From Elusimicrobiota bacterium (GTDB taxonomy: Bacteria; Elusimicrobiota; Elusimicrobia; UBA1565; UBA9628), in NCBI GenBank assembly GCA_016234805.1, contig JACRNU010000019.1:562-64561 (forward strand): a stretch of 64,000 bases of DNA, written 5' to 3'. A program made the position numbers and the translations under genes. Positions 36,065-45,614 of the stretch are shown here, in pieces. The notes under the pieces are model-generated. The model searched no databases, had not been told where the DNA came from, and saw only the letters and a list, made by a program, of their open reading frames with translations. How positions within the stretch are numbered: position 1 is the first letter of the stretch; every line of letters begins with the position of its first letter.

Positions 36065-37432
36065 TCATCCAGCGGCGACCGCGGCCGAATAGCCGAGCCC
36101 CTCGACAGCCTCCAGGAGGCGCTTGATATCGACCTTGCCTCCGCGCACCACGGCCTTGCCGGCGGCGAGGTCCACCTCGGCCGACTCCACTCCCTCGCAC
36201 TCCGAGAGGGCCCTGCGTACGCTCGCGGTGCAATGGCCGCAGGTCATGCCCGTGACCTTCAGGATGACCGAGTCCCGGCTGTCACCGCCATCCCCGAAGG
36301 ACAGCCGGGACGCTCGGCCTCCGGCCTTGACCGCGTCCCGATCCGCCGATGTCCCTCCTGAGTTTTCCGGCATCACCTTGAGCCTCCGCAGCCACCCGGG
36401 GACAACGGCCGCGCCCAGGACCGCCAGGAGCGCCACGCCGCTGAGCGTCTCCCAGGAGCCGCTCCCGGAGTGATGCAGGTGCTCGGCCATGGACACGCGC
36501 AGGTCCGGGAGGACCATGTCCAGCGCCCACCCGGACAGAAGAGAGACGACCGCGATCGCGGCAAGGTAGACCCAGGCGGTCCTTTTCCCCATGGTCTTCC
36601 AGACCATGGCGACCGTGGCCGCGTTCGTCGCCGGGCCGGTCATCAGGAAGACGAACGCCGCTCCCGGGGACACGCCCTTGGCGACCAGGGCCGCGGCGAT
36701 GGGCACCGAGGCGGTCGCGCAGACATAGGTCGGTATGCCGATGGCCATCATGACCAGCATGCTCGCGAAGTCCGCCCAGCCCGGTCCCAGCGCGTCCGAG
36801 AGAGGGCCCAAAAGCTTGTGGAAGAAGCGGGGAGGGAGCAAGGCCGAGATGAGCCCCGCGATCGCCAGCCCGACCAGCATGGCCGAGCCGATGTCCCTCG
36901 GCAGGGCGACGAAGCCGTAGTGGAGGGCGTCCCGGACTCCGCCCCGCATCCACGAGGAAGAGGCGCCGGCCTTCCTTCCCGCGGGAGCAGGCGGCCGTTT
37001 CCCGTCCCCCTGCTTGTCTTCCAGCAGGTCCACGGCCATCCCCCCCGCGATGCCGCTGATAAAAGCCGCCAGCACGCGGAATACGGTGAACACCGGGCCG
37101 AGGAAGCTGTAGGTCACGAGGATGCTGTCCACGCCGGTCTGGGGAGTGGAGATGAGGAAGGATATCGTCGCCCCCCTGCTGGCGCCATGGCTCCTTAGGG
37201 AAGCAGCCACCGGTATGACCCCGCACGAGCACAGCGGAAGGGGCACGCCGAACAGCGAGGCCTTGACCACGGCCCACCACGGCCGCTGCGCCCCGCCAAG
37301 GTGCCTCTCCACCGCATCGGGCGAGACGAGCACGGAGAGGACCCCGGCCACCGCGAACCCGAAGAGGAGGTAGGGCGCCATCAGCGAGAGGGAGGACCAG
37401 AAGCCCCAAGCGACGCCGCCCAAAGCCTCCAT
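36065..37432 (-). CDS. DUF318/SO_0444-type permease with C-terminal heavy-metal-associated (HMA) domain
   Basis: Polytopic permease with paired Cys (PLCSCGVIPV) and a C-terminal GMTCGHC ferredoxin-like HMA domain. Confidence 0.7.
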   Translation of the reverse strand: MEALGGVAWGFWSSLSLMAPYLLFGFAVAGVLSVLVSPDAVERHLGGAQRPWWAVVKASLFGVPLPLCSCGVIPVAASLRSHGASRGATISFLISTPQTGVDSILVTYSFLGPVFTVFRVLAAFISGIAGGMAVDLLEDKQGDGKRPPAPAGRKAGASSSWMRGGVRDALHYGFVALPRDIGSAMLVGLAIAGLISALLPPRFFHKLLGPLSDALGPGWADFASMLVMMAIGIPTYVCATASVPIAAALVAKGVSPGAAFVFLMTGPATNAATVAMVWKTMGKRTAWVYLAAIAVVSLLSGWALDMVLPDLRVSMAEHLHHSGSGSWETLSGVALLAVLGAAVVPGWLRRLKVMPENSGGTSADRDAVKAGGRASRLSFGDGGDSRDSVILKVTGMTCGHCTASVRRALSECEGVESAEVDLAAGKAVVRGGKVDIKRLLEAVEGLGYSAAVAAG

Positions 37433-37482
37433 CAGAGTCCCTCTGCCACGCAGAGCCGTTCCTTGGCCGCGGCGGTCCGCAT

Positions 37483-37755
37483 TCAGTCCTCCCAACTCCC
37501 GAGCAGGTTCTTGATCTCCCCCATCTTGGTCTCGATCTGGGCCTTATCCCGGGACTGGATGGCGGTCGTCACGCAGGTGCGCAGATGGCCGTCGAGGATC
37601 TCGATGCCGACCCGCTTCAAGGCCGCGCGGACCGCCTTGATCTGCTGGGCGATGTCGATGCAGTAGCGGCCCTCATCCACCATCTTCCTGATGCCCCGGA
37701 CCTGCCCCTCGATGCGGTTGAGCCTTTTTACGCGATCCCGATCCCCGTGTTCCAT
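37483..37755 (-). CDS. csoR: CsoR/RcnR-family metal-sensing transcriptional repressor
   Basis: RLNRIEGQVRGIRKMVDEGRYCIDIAQQIKAVRAAL...HLRTC, with conserved metal ligands Cys/His/Cys. Confidence 0.8.
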   Translation of the reverse strand: MEHGDRDRVKRLNRIEGQVRGIRKMVDEGRYCIDIAQQIKAVRAALKRVGIEILDGHLRTCVTTAIQSRDKAQIETKMGEIKNLLGSWED

Positions 37756-37788
37756 GAGTTGTCCTCTGCTCCCCTCGCGGCCGCCTCA

Positions 37789-37810
37789 TATACTATACCA
37801 TAGTATAGTA
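37789..37810. promoter_or_regulatory. AT-rich inverted repeat ATACTATAC-CATA-GTATAGTAT upstream of csoR (candidate operator/-10 region)
   Basis: 9-bp perfect arms around a 4-nt centre, 34-55 nt upstream of the csoR start codon. Confidence 0.4.
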
Positions 37811-37827
37811 TGTTAGTCAAGGCCCCA

Positions 37828-38448
37828 TCATGGCTTGAACCCCTCATAGAAGCAGACGACCCTCATGGTACGCCCTTCAGGACGCACATCCCGCAGACCG
37901 ACCCGGCGAAGCAAGTCCAGGAGGTCCTCCTCGGTCGCCAGATTTTCGAGAAGGGAGAGCGCCTCCAGCAGCCAACGGACAGGGCCTCCTCCCGAGACCA
38001 CGAGGTCCGCCAGCACGAGCCTGCCGCCGGGCTTGAGCACGCGGCCGCATTCCCGAAGCGCGGCCTCCCGCTCCTCGGCCGGCACATGGTGGAAGGCCAG
38101 GGTGGACACCACCACGTCGAAACAGGCGTCCTCGAACGGCAAGCGGCCCATGGAAGCCAGCTCAAGCCGCGGCCGAAGCCCCTTGCGGCCCAGCTTGTCC
38201 GAGGCGATGGCCAGGGCCAGGGCATCGGGGTCCGCTCCGACCGCGTCCAGCCCGGGATGGGCCTCCAACAGGACCTCCAGCAACGCCGCGGTGCCGCAGC
38301 CCGCGTCCAGGAGGCGCTCCCGGCCCGTCAAGCCCAAGCGCCGCAGGATGTCCTTGCGAAAGCCCCGGCCGAGCCCTATCGCCGAACAGAGGGCGTCATA
38401 GAACGGAGTCAGCGCGTGCAGATGCGCCGGCGGGACATGACCGCTCAT
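37828..38448 (-). CDS. Class I SAM-dependent methyltransferase
   Basis: Motif I LLDAGCGTAAL, then a post-I acidic residue and motif II/III spacing. Confidence 0.75.
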   Translation of the reverse strand: MSGHVPPAHLHALTPFYDALCSAIGLGRGFRKDILRRLGLTGRERLLDAGCGTAALLEVLLEAHPGLDAVGADPDALALAIASDKLGRKGLRPRLELASMGRLPFEDACFDVVVSTLAFHHVPAEEREAALRECGRVLKPGGRLVLADLVVSGGGPVRWLLEALSLLENLATEEDLLDLLRRVGLRDVRPEGRTMRVVCFYEGFKP

Positions 38449-38466
38449 GGCCGGAGCCGTGGGGCC

Positions 38467-38895
38467 TTATTGTTTCTCCAGGTTCATCCCGCATTTTGGG
38501 CACCGGCCATCCTTGGTCTTGGGACCCTTGTAACAGCCCATGGAGCAGACATAGACGTCTTCCTTCGTCTGCCCCTGCGCCGCCTGCGCCTTCTTCTGGC
38601 CGGGCGCGGCCTTCTGGCCGCAATGCGCGCAGCCGGCTTCCTTCATGCCCATGTGCGCTGCCGCGACCTGTATCATCTTGACCGCGCCGGGATCCTTGGC
38701 CGTGATGTTGATGACGACCCCGTCCTTGGTGTTGGTCACCTTGACCTCCGCCCCCTCGACATGCGCCGGGCACGTCATCGCATGGCCCCCGCCATGCGCC
38801 TCATGCCCCGGCGCCGCCGACGCTCCCCCCATGCGGGCGAAGAACAGCGACACCGCTCCTGCCGCGAACAGGGCTGCGACGAGCTTCTTGTTCAT
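38467..38895 (-). CDS. Secreted His-rich protein with C-terminal heavy-metal-binding domain (YxCxM...CPKCGM type)
   Basis: Signal peptide MNKKLVAALFAAGAVSL, His-rich stretch, C-terminal YVCSMGCYKGPKTKDGRCPKCGMNL. GGAGG upstream. Confidence 0.6.
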   Translation of the reverse strand: MNKKLVAALFAAGAVSLFFARMGGASAAPGHEAHGGGHAMTCPAHVEGAEVKVTNTKDGVVINITAKDPGAVKMIQVAAAHMGMKEAGCAHCGQKAAPGQKKAQAAQGQTKEDVYVCSMGCYKGPKTKDGRCPKCGMNLEKQ

Positions 38896-39075
38896 GTGTT
38901 CATGACCTCCCTGTCGGTTCCAGGCGTTCCGGGCGGCAAAGCCGCCCAGAGTCCGAGGCCGACCTTCCGCACTCTGCGCACACCCAGCGCGCCTTGCGGG
39001 CAACGGCGATGAGCTCGGCCAGACCGGGCTTCCTGCCCATGAGTTCGCACATGTGCTCGATCTTCTCCTGCTTCT

Positions 39076-39648
39076 TCATTTCCCAACCTCCTGTTCAGGC
39101 TCTCTCTTCGAATCCAGGTCGCCTTCTCCCGTCCCAAGCAGTTTCTTCGCCATGCCGATCCAGGCCCGGACCAAGGCGGCCTCGTCCGGCCTGAGCGCCG
39201 AATCCCAGTGCATGACGCGGTAGTACCAGGGCGGCATGGACCCGTCTTGGACCACCTCATCCAAGGCCTCGAGGTTCTCCCGGAGCGAGCCGTGGCCGCC
39301 GAACGGAAAGCCCGTCCGCATGTCCAGATGTTTCTTGGCGGTGCGCATGTCGTAGAGCATGAGGTGCTTGGCGCCCGGGACGGCGAAATACCACGGCAAA
39401 GGCCTGCCGCTCCCATGGCAGTCGAAGCACTTCTTGAGGAAGATGGGCTTGACCTGGCGCAGATAGGCCGCGTTGATCCGAGCCATGGCCCCTTCGCGGT
39501 CCGCGGCCGGGGAGCCGATCCCCGTCGGCGCGGTCGGAACCGAGACTCCGTCTCCGGGATGTTTCACACCCTTGTGCGCCGCCGCATAAGACGCCAGAAG
39601 GACGGCGCACAACGACAGAAGGGAAGCCAGCCCCGGTCTCTTGGTCAT
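39076..39648 (-). CDS. Secreted haem-binding-motif (CxxCH) protein
   Basis: Signal peptide MTKRPGLASLLSLCAVLLA and single CFDCH motif. ATGA overlap with the cusA stop. Confidence 0.5.
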   Translation of the reverse strand: MTKRPGLASLLSLCAVLLASYAAAHKGVKHPGDGVSVPTAPTGIGSPAADREGAMARINAAYLRQVKPIFLKKCFDCHGSGRPLPWYFAVPGAKHLMLYDMRTAKKHLDMRTGFPFGGHGSLRENLEALDEVVQDGSMPPWYYRVMHWDSALRPDEAALVRAWIGMAKKLLGTGEGDLDSKREPEQEVGK

Positions 39649-42600
39649 CGTCTCAGCTCCGGGATGGGGAGCTTCGAAACATCCACCGTGCCGTGCTTCA
39701 TCTCGTGATGCCACTTCCACAGGTAGAATACCGGCGGGTACACCAGGAGCTCGAGGAGGAAGCTGCTGAAGAGCCCCCCGATCATGGGAGCCGCGATGCG
39801 CTTCATGAGGTCCGCGCCCGTGCCCAGGGACCACATGATGGGGATAAGGCCCATGAAGGCGCAGGCGACGGTCATCATCTTGGGCCGCACCCTCTTGACC
39901 GCGCCGTGGAGCACCGCCTCCTCGAGGTCCGCCTCCGTGGACATGCGTCCCCGGCGGACCATGTCGTAGTAGGCCATGTCGAGGTAGAGGAGCATGAAGA
40001 CCCCGGTCTCGGCGTCAAGGCCCATCAAGGCGATCATGCCCACCCAGACCGCAATGGAGATGTTGTAATCGAGCCCCCAGAGGAACCAGATCGCTCCGAT
40101 GAGCGAGAACGGCACGGCCAGCATCACGATCCCGGTCTTGGCCCAGGACCCGGTGTTGAGGTGGAGCAGGAAGACGATGATGAAGAGCGTGAGCGGGATG
40201 ACGACCTTGAGCCGCTCCTTGACCCTGGCCATGTTCTCGTATTGGCCGCTCCACGCCAGGGAGTAGCCCGTGGGAAGGCGCAGGGCTTTTGCCGCCTTGT
40301 CCTTGGCCTCCTTGACATACCCTCCGATGTCGCGTCCGGCCACATCCACGTAGACGTAGCCGGCCAGCATGCCGTTCTCATTGCGGATCATGGCGGGCCC
40401 GAGCTTCAAGCCGATGTCGGCCAGCTGGGCCAGGGGGACCTGTGCCCCTCCCATGGTGGGCACGAGCACGCACTTGAGCTTGTCCAGGTCGTCGCGGAAC
40501 TCCCGGCCGTAGCGCACGCTGACCGTATAGCGCTCGCGGCCCTCCACCGTGGTGGTGATCGGCTCGCCTCCGATGGCGGTCATGATCACCATCTGCGCTT
40601 CCTTGATGGTCAAGCCGTAGCGGGCCAGCGCCTCGCGCTTGAGCGTGAAGTCCACGAAGTACCCGCCGGCGGTGCGCTCGGCGTAGACGCTCCGGGTCCC
40701 GGGCACTCCCTTCAGGATGCCTTCCAGGTCCGTGCCGATCCTCTCGATCTCGGCAAGATCCGAGCCGAAGACCTTGATGCCGATGGGGGTACGCACCCCG
40801 GTGCTCAGCATGTCGATGCGGGCCTTGATGGGCATGGTCCAGGCGTTCGTGACCCCGGGGAAGCGCATCTTGGAGTCGATCTCCGCGACCAGCTCCTCCC
40901 AGGTGATGCGGTCGTACCAGATGTGCCGCAGGAGACCTTGCAGGGGTCCCGGCGCCCATGAGGAATACCAACGGGGCTTGCGCCGCCATTCCTCATGGGG
41001 CTTCAAGACCACGGTGGTCTCCATCATGGAGAAGGGTGCCGGGTCCGTGGAGGTCTCAGCCCTGCCTGCCTTGCCGAACACCCGCTCGACCTCGGGGAAG
41101 CTCTTCAGGACGCGGTCCTGGGACTCAAGCAGGCTGCGGGCCTCGGTGACCGAGAGGCCGGGCAGGGTCGTGGGCATGTAGAGGATGGTCCCCTCGTTCA
41201 AGGGCGGCATGAACTCAGAGCCCAGGCGCAGGTAGACCGGGATCGTGGTCAGGACCATCAGTCCTGCCGCGGCAATGACCTTGTAGGGATGCCGCAGGAC
41301 GATCCTGCACACAGGCTCGTAGACCCTGAAGAGCAGGCGGCTAACCGGGTGCCGCTCCTCGGGGTAGTACCTGCCGACCGTGACCTGGTTGTAGACCCAG
41401 GCGAGCCACGCAGGCTTGAAGCTCACGAAATCCATGCGCGAGAAGAGCATGCGCACGGCCGGGTCGAAGGTGATGGCCAGAACCGCGGCGATGGCCATGG
41501 CCAGGTTCTTCGTGTAGGCCAGGGGCTTGAAGAGCCGGCCTTCCTGGTCCACCAAAGTGAAGATGGGCATGAATGCCACCGCGATGACCAGGAGAGAGAA
41601 GAAGACCGCGGGACCCACTTCCTGCAGGGCCTTGAGCCTGATCTCGTGGAAGTCCCCCTTCCTCCCGCCCTCGATCCAGAGCTGGAGCTTCTTATACGCG
41701 TTCTCGACCTCCACGATGGCGCCGTCGACCAAGATGCCGATCGAGATGGCGATGCCCGAGATGGACATGATGTTCGCGGTCAACCCCATGAAGTACATGG
41801 GGATGAATACCAGCACCACGGACACCGGGATGGTGATGATGGGGATGATGGCGGTGGGGATGTGCCAGAGGAACACGAGGATGACGAGGCTCACGATCAC
41901 GAGCATGAGCACCAGCTCTTCCTTGAGCGTGGAGATGGCGCGCTCGATGAGGTCGGACCGGTCGTAGGTCGTCACCACCTCCACTCCCTCGGGCAAGGAG
42001 GGACGGATCTCTTCGAGCTTGGCCTTGACCCTGGCGATGACGTTGAGGGCGTTCTCGCCGAAGCGCATGACCACGATGCCGCCGGCCGTGTCTCCCCCGC
42101 CGTCCAGGTCAGCGACCCCGCGCCGGATCTCGGGGCCGAGCGCGACATGGCCGAGGCTCTTGACGAGGATGGGCGTGCCTCCCATGCTCCGCCCGACCAC
42201 GATGTCCTCGATGTCCTGGATGGACTTGGCATAGCCGCGGCCCCGGACCATGTACTCCGTGCCCGCGAATTCGACGAGCCTGCCGCCCACGTCGTTGTTG
42301 CCGTCCCGGATGGCTTCAACGACCTTCATCAGCGGGATGTTGTAGGCCACCAGCGCGTTGGGGTCAAGGCTGACCTGGTACTGCTTCTGGAACCCGCCGA
42401 TGGAGGCGACCTCGGCCACTCCCGGGACGGACTGCAGGTAATAGCGCAGATACCAGTCCTGATAGCTCCGAAGGTCAGCGAGACTGTGGCTGCCGCTCTT
42501 GTCCACCAGGGCGTACTGGAAGACCCAGCCCACGCCCGTGGCGTCAGGACCAAGCTCGGTGCGCACCCCGTCCGGCAGTTGGGGCAGGATCTTGCTCAGG

Positions 42601-42935
42601 TACTCCAGGGTCCGGCTGCGCGCCCAATAGACGTCCGTGCCGTCCTGGAAGATGACATAGACGTAGGAGTACCCGAAGTCCGAGAAGCCCCGGATGGCCT
42701 TGACCTTGGGAGCCCCCAAAAGGGCCGTCACGATGGGATAGGTGACCTGGTCCTCGATCACGTCCGGCGACCGGTCCCACCGCGAATAGATGATGACCTG
42801 GGTGTCCGAAAGGTCCGGGATGGCGTCCAACCGGGAGTTGCGGATGCAGTAGTAAGACGCGGCCAGCGCGCCCGCGGTGAGCACCAGGACGATGAACTTG
42901 TTCCTTGCGGACCACGCGATCAGTTTTTCGATCAT
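39645..42935 (-). CDS. cusA: CusA/CzcA-family heavy-metal efflux RND transporter
   Basis: 1096 aa, 12-TM RND with two large periplasmic loops. N-terminus MIEKLIAWSARNKFIVLVLT is typical of the HME-RND family. Confidence 0.9.
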   Translation of the reverse strand: MIEKLIAWSARNKFIVLVLTAGALAASYYCIRNSRLDAIPDLSDTQVIIYSRWDRSPDVIEDQVTYPIVTALLGAPKVKAIRGFSDFGYSYVYVIFQDGTDVYWARSRTLEYLSKILPQLPDGVRTELGPDATGVGWVFQYALVDKSGSHSLADLRSYQDWYLRYYLQSVPGVAEVASIGGFQKQYQVSLDPNALVAYNIPLMKVVEAIRDGNNDVGGRLVEFAGTEYMVRGRGYAKSIQDIEDIVVGRSMGGTPILVKSLGHVALGPEIRRGVADLDGGGDTAGGIVVMRFGENALNVIARVKAKLEEIRPSLPEGVEVVTTYDRSDLIERAISTLKEELVLMLVIVSLVILVFLWHIPTAIIPIITIPVSVVLVFIPMYFMGLTANIMSISGIAISIGILVDGAIVEVENAYKKLQLWIEGGRKGDFHEIRLKALQEVGPAVFFSLLVIAVAFMPIFTLVDQEGRLFKPLAYTKNLAMAIAAVLAITFDPAVRMLFSRMDFVSFKPAWLAWVYNQVTVGRYYPEERHPVSRLLFRVYEPVCRIVLRHPYKVIAAAGLMVLTTIPVYLRLGSEFMPPLNEGTILYMPTTLPGLSVTEARSLLESQDRVLKSFPEVERVFGKAGRAETSTDPAPFSMMETTVVLKPHEEWRRKPRWYSSWAPGPLQGLLRHIWYDRITWEELVAEIDSKMRFPGVTNAWTMPIKARIDMLSTGVRTPIGIKVFGSDLAEIERIGTDLEGILKGVPGTRSVYAERTAGGYFVDFTLKREALARYGLTIKEAQMVIMTAIGGEPITTTVEGRERYTVSVRYGREFRDDLDKLKCVLVPTMGGAQVPLAQLADIGLKLGPAMIRNENGMLAGYVYVDVAGRDIGGYVKEAKDKAAKALRLPTGYSLAWSGQYENMARVKERLKVVIPLTLFIIVFLLHLNTGSWAKTGIVMLAVPFSLIGAIWFLWGLDYNISIAVWVGMIALMGLDAETGVFMLLYLDMAYYDMVRRGRMSTEADLEEAVLHGAVKRVRPKMMTVACAFMGLIPIMWSLGTGADLMKRIAAPMIGGLFSSFLLELLVYPPVFYLWKWHHEMKHGTVDVSKLPIPELRR

Positions 42936-44260
42936 TTCGAGATTGCTGCTTTGAGCTTGGACTCGGAGTCGATGAGGAAATTCGCGCTCGTGACCACCTT
43001 CTCGCCTTCTTTCGCTCCAGAGAGAAGCTCGTAAAAGCCTTCGGCCTTCCGGCCCACGCGCAGGACCCGGGGCTCGATGCGGCCCTCCCCGAGGTCCACG
43101 AAAGCCAGCTTCCTCTCCCCGGTGTCGAGAAGCGCCCCCTCGGGGAGCGCGAGCACCCGGCCCAGTCCCGCCTTGATTTCGGCGTTGATGAACATCTCGG
43201 GCTTGAGCATGCCCTCGGGGTCCGGGACCTCGATGCGGGCCCTCAGAGTCCTCGTTTCCGCGGACACGATGGGGTCGAGACTGCGCACCGTGCCGCGGAA
43301 CGAGCGGCCCGGGTAGGCCGCGGCCGTGACTTCCACGGCCTGTCCGGGCTTGACCAAGCCTATCTCGTACTCGTAGACCTGCGCGTAGACCCAGACCGAG
43401 CCCCCGCCGATGAGGAGGCTCGTGGGCGCGGCCGTCCTGGCGCTCTCCGCGATCTGCGCCGGCGTCAGCCCCATCTGGCGCAGCCGCAGGGTCCCGGCGG
43501 CGACGAGGGCGTCCGCGCGCTCCACCGCGTCGGGATAGGGGCTGTCCTTGACCCCGTCCCGGGCACGGACCGCCTCCCGGTACTCGGAAAGGGCGTTGTA
43601 GAGGTCCGGGTCGTAGGCCACCTTGCCCGTGGCCCGGACCGTGGAGGCCAGGTCCCTGCGCTTGATGGGCTCGGACTTCAGTCCGATCATCTGGCGACGC
43701 TCATCCGAAAGGAGGATGCTGGCCTGACCCGCGACCTGCACATCGGACCGCTCCTCGGCGAAGACCGGGATGTAGTCCATGCCCATCTCGTCCTTCATGG
43801 GCACGGGAGAGGAGACCTGGGGCTGCATGGGGTGACGGTAGTAGAGAGGCTTGGCTCCAGGCTGAACGTTGAAGACGATGGTGCCGCAAACCGGACAAGT
43901 CACCTTCTCTCCGACCTGGTGGGGCAGTTCCATCACGCAGTCGGGCATCTTGCACTTGTGCAGGATGCACATCTTCCGGCCGGAAGCAACCGTCCTCGAA
44001 GCCCCGGAAGCGTCCCCTGTGGGCGCGGCAGCGGGCACGGCGGCCGATCCGGTCTCCTCCATGGGGATGAGCTTCATGTTGCAGATAGGGCAATCCCCGG
44101 GCTTGTCCGAGGTGTAGGTCGGATGCATGGGGCAGTAGAAGCGGGCCGAGTGCGCCTCGTGGCCGGACTCGGCCTTGTGCCGAGCCCGATACGCCGCCAC
44201 CCCCGCCCCTGCCGCGACGAGCATCACGCACGCCACGATGAGAAACCCGTTCCTCGTCAT
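42932..44260 (-). CDS. cusB: CusB-like RND periplasmic adaptor with N-terminal metal-binding motifs
   Basis: MFP barrel-sandwich/beta-barrel domains, plus two N-terminal CPxC-type heavy-metal-binding domains (YCPMHPTYTSDKPGDCPICNM, CPVCG). Confidence 0.85.
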   Translation of the reverse strand: MTRNGFLIVACVMLVAAGAGVAAYRARHKAESGHEAHSARFYCPMHPTYTSDKPGDCPICNMKLIPMEETGSAAVPAAAPTGDASGASRTVASGRKMCILHKCKMPDCVMELPHQVGEKVTCPVCGTIVFNVQPGAKPLYYRHPMQPQVSSPVPMKDEMGMDYIPVFAEERSDVQVAGQASILLSDERRQMIGLKSEPIKRRDLASTVRATGKVAYDPDLYNALSEYREAVRARDGVKDSPYPDAVERADALVAAGTLRLRQMGLTPAQIAESARTAAPTSLLIGGGSVWVYAQVYEYEIGLVKPGQAVEVTAAAYPGRSFRGTVRSLDPIVSAETRTLRARIEVPDPEGMLKPEMFINAEIKAGLGRVLALPEGALLDTGERKLAFVDLGEGRIEPRVLRVGRKAEGFYELLSGAKEGEKVVTSANFLIDSESKLKAAISK

Positions 44261-45549
44261 CTGAGAACCTCCTGCCGTCCGACCACGCGTACGAGTTCCG
44301 CCACGCGGGACTCGTATTCCGCGGCGTACTGATAGTACTCCAGCTTGAAATTCAACAGAGACCTCTGGCTGTCCAAAAGATCGAGGAAGCCGGTCTTATC
44401 AGCCTGATAGCCGGCCTCGGCAACCCTGAGCGATGATTCGGCCTGAGGAAGAAGGGTCGTCCGGTAAGCTTCGAGGAGCCGCTTTGAAGCCTGCGCCTTG
44501 CTCCAGGCAGACTGGACGTCCGCCCGGGTCGCGACCCGGGCCGCCTGAAGCTCGGCCTGGGCCATCTCGCGTTCGCTCCTGGCCTCGCGGACCATGGCCG
44601 CCGGCTTCCAGAACCAAAGGGGCAAGGACAGGCCCAGGACCGCGTCATGTGTGCGTCCCCGCATGGGATCGCTGCGGCGGCGATACTGAAGCATGAAGTC
44701 CGGCAGGAACTCGGAACGCGCCAGGGAAAGGGAGTCTCCCGCGCGGTCGTAGGCGAGCGAAGCCTCTCTCACTTCGGGCCGGCCGGAGAGCGCCGCGGAT
44801 TCCAGATCCTGGGCGGACTCGGGCGGCAGCACGGACGAGGGCTCTTCGGGCTCTCCCAAGGGAGCCCTAGCATCGCGGCCCATCAAAGCGTTAAGGCCGG
44901 CTTTGGACGACTCGAGATCAGCCTCCAGCGCCACTCGCATATTGAGCATCCGGGTCAGTTCGACCTGGGCCTTGAGCGCGTCGGCCTGGCTCCCCTTGCC
45001 GGCGGCCACCTTGGACTCAGCCACCCGGGCGAAACGCCTCATGATGCCGATGTTCTCCTCGAAGACGGCCAAGCCCCTTCCGGCCAAAAAGAGCCCGGCG
45101 TAGGCCGTCTTGGCCCTGGCGGCCGCGTCGAGGAGCTTGGCCTTGTAGGACTGCTCCTTCATGCCCGCGTCCTTGACGGCCGCGCCGTGCCTGAGATAGA
45201 GCGTGGTCGGAAAGGGCACCTCCTGAGTCACTGTGACGGCCTGCTCATCAGCCTCGCTGACCGCGTTCTTGCCGGAAGGCGCGTACATGCGCTCCAGATC
45301 CAGGCGCGGTTTGTCCGGAGTCGCTGCCTGGACCGCGCGCTGGCGGGAGGCCTCCCACCGCTTGCGGGCCGCGAGGATCTCGGGGTTTTCCCGCCGGACA
45401 GCCTCCAAGACCGCTTGGAGGGTGATCGTGCCTGAAGAAACGACCCGCGCCTCCCAAGACGCCGCCTCCTTGCCGTCAGCCCCCTGACCTCGCGCTGAAG
45501 CGCAGAGGAACACCATGCCCAGCACGAGAACTGAAAATCTCATCGCCAT
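44257..45549 (-). CDS. cusC: CusC-like TolC-family outer membrane factor
   Basis: Signal peptide, then two OEP repeats. Four-nt overlap with cusB. Confidence 0.8.
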   Translation of the reverse strand: MAMRFSVLVLGMVFLCASARGQGADGKEAASWEARVVSSGTITLQAVLEAVRRENPEILAARKRWEASRQRAVQAATPDKPRLDLERMYAPSGKNAVSEADEQAVTVTQEVPFPTTLYLRHGAAVKDAGMKEQSYKAKLLDAAARAKTAYAGLFLAGRGLAVFEENIGIMRRFARVAESKVAAGKGSQADALKAQVELTRMLNMRVALEADLESSKAGLNALMGRDARAPLGEPEEPSSVLPPESAQDLESAALSGRPEVREASLAYDRAGDSLSLARSEFLPDFMLQYRRRSDPMRGRTHDAVLGLSLPLWFWKPAAMVREARSEREMAQAELQAARVATRADVQSAWSKAQASKRLLEAYRTTLLPQAESSLRVAEAGYQADKTGFLDLLDSQRSLLNFKLEYYQYAAEYESRVAELVRVVGRQEVLR

Positions 45550-45614
45550 TCCCTCTTTTACCAAATTGTGCAATGCCGCAGGTGCTTTCCGCGCAAAGAG
45601 CTTGGATCCATTCC

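Noticed and set aside
35873-36361. 162-aa plus-strand ORF overlapping the new small peptide gene and the permease-HMA gene
   Set aside because: It is antisense to the HMA domain coding region and has no signal or motif. The minus-strand peptide ORF with promoter and ribosome-binding site is the better explanation for 35852-35941.
39693-43034. Two long plus-strand ORFs (422 aa and 679 aa) opposite cusA
   Set aside because: They are antisense to a textbook 12-TM RND pump gene; their translations are Asp/Gly/His/Arg-rich nonsense.
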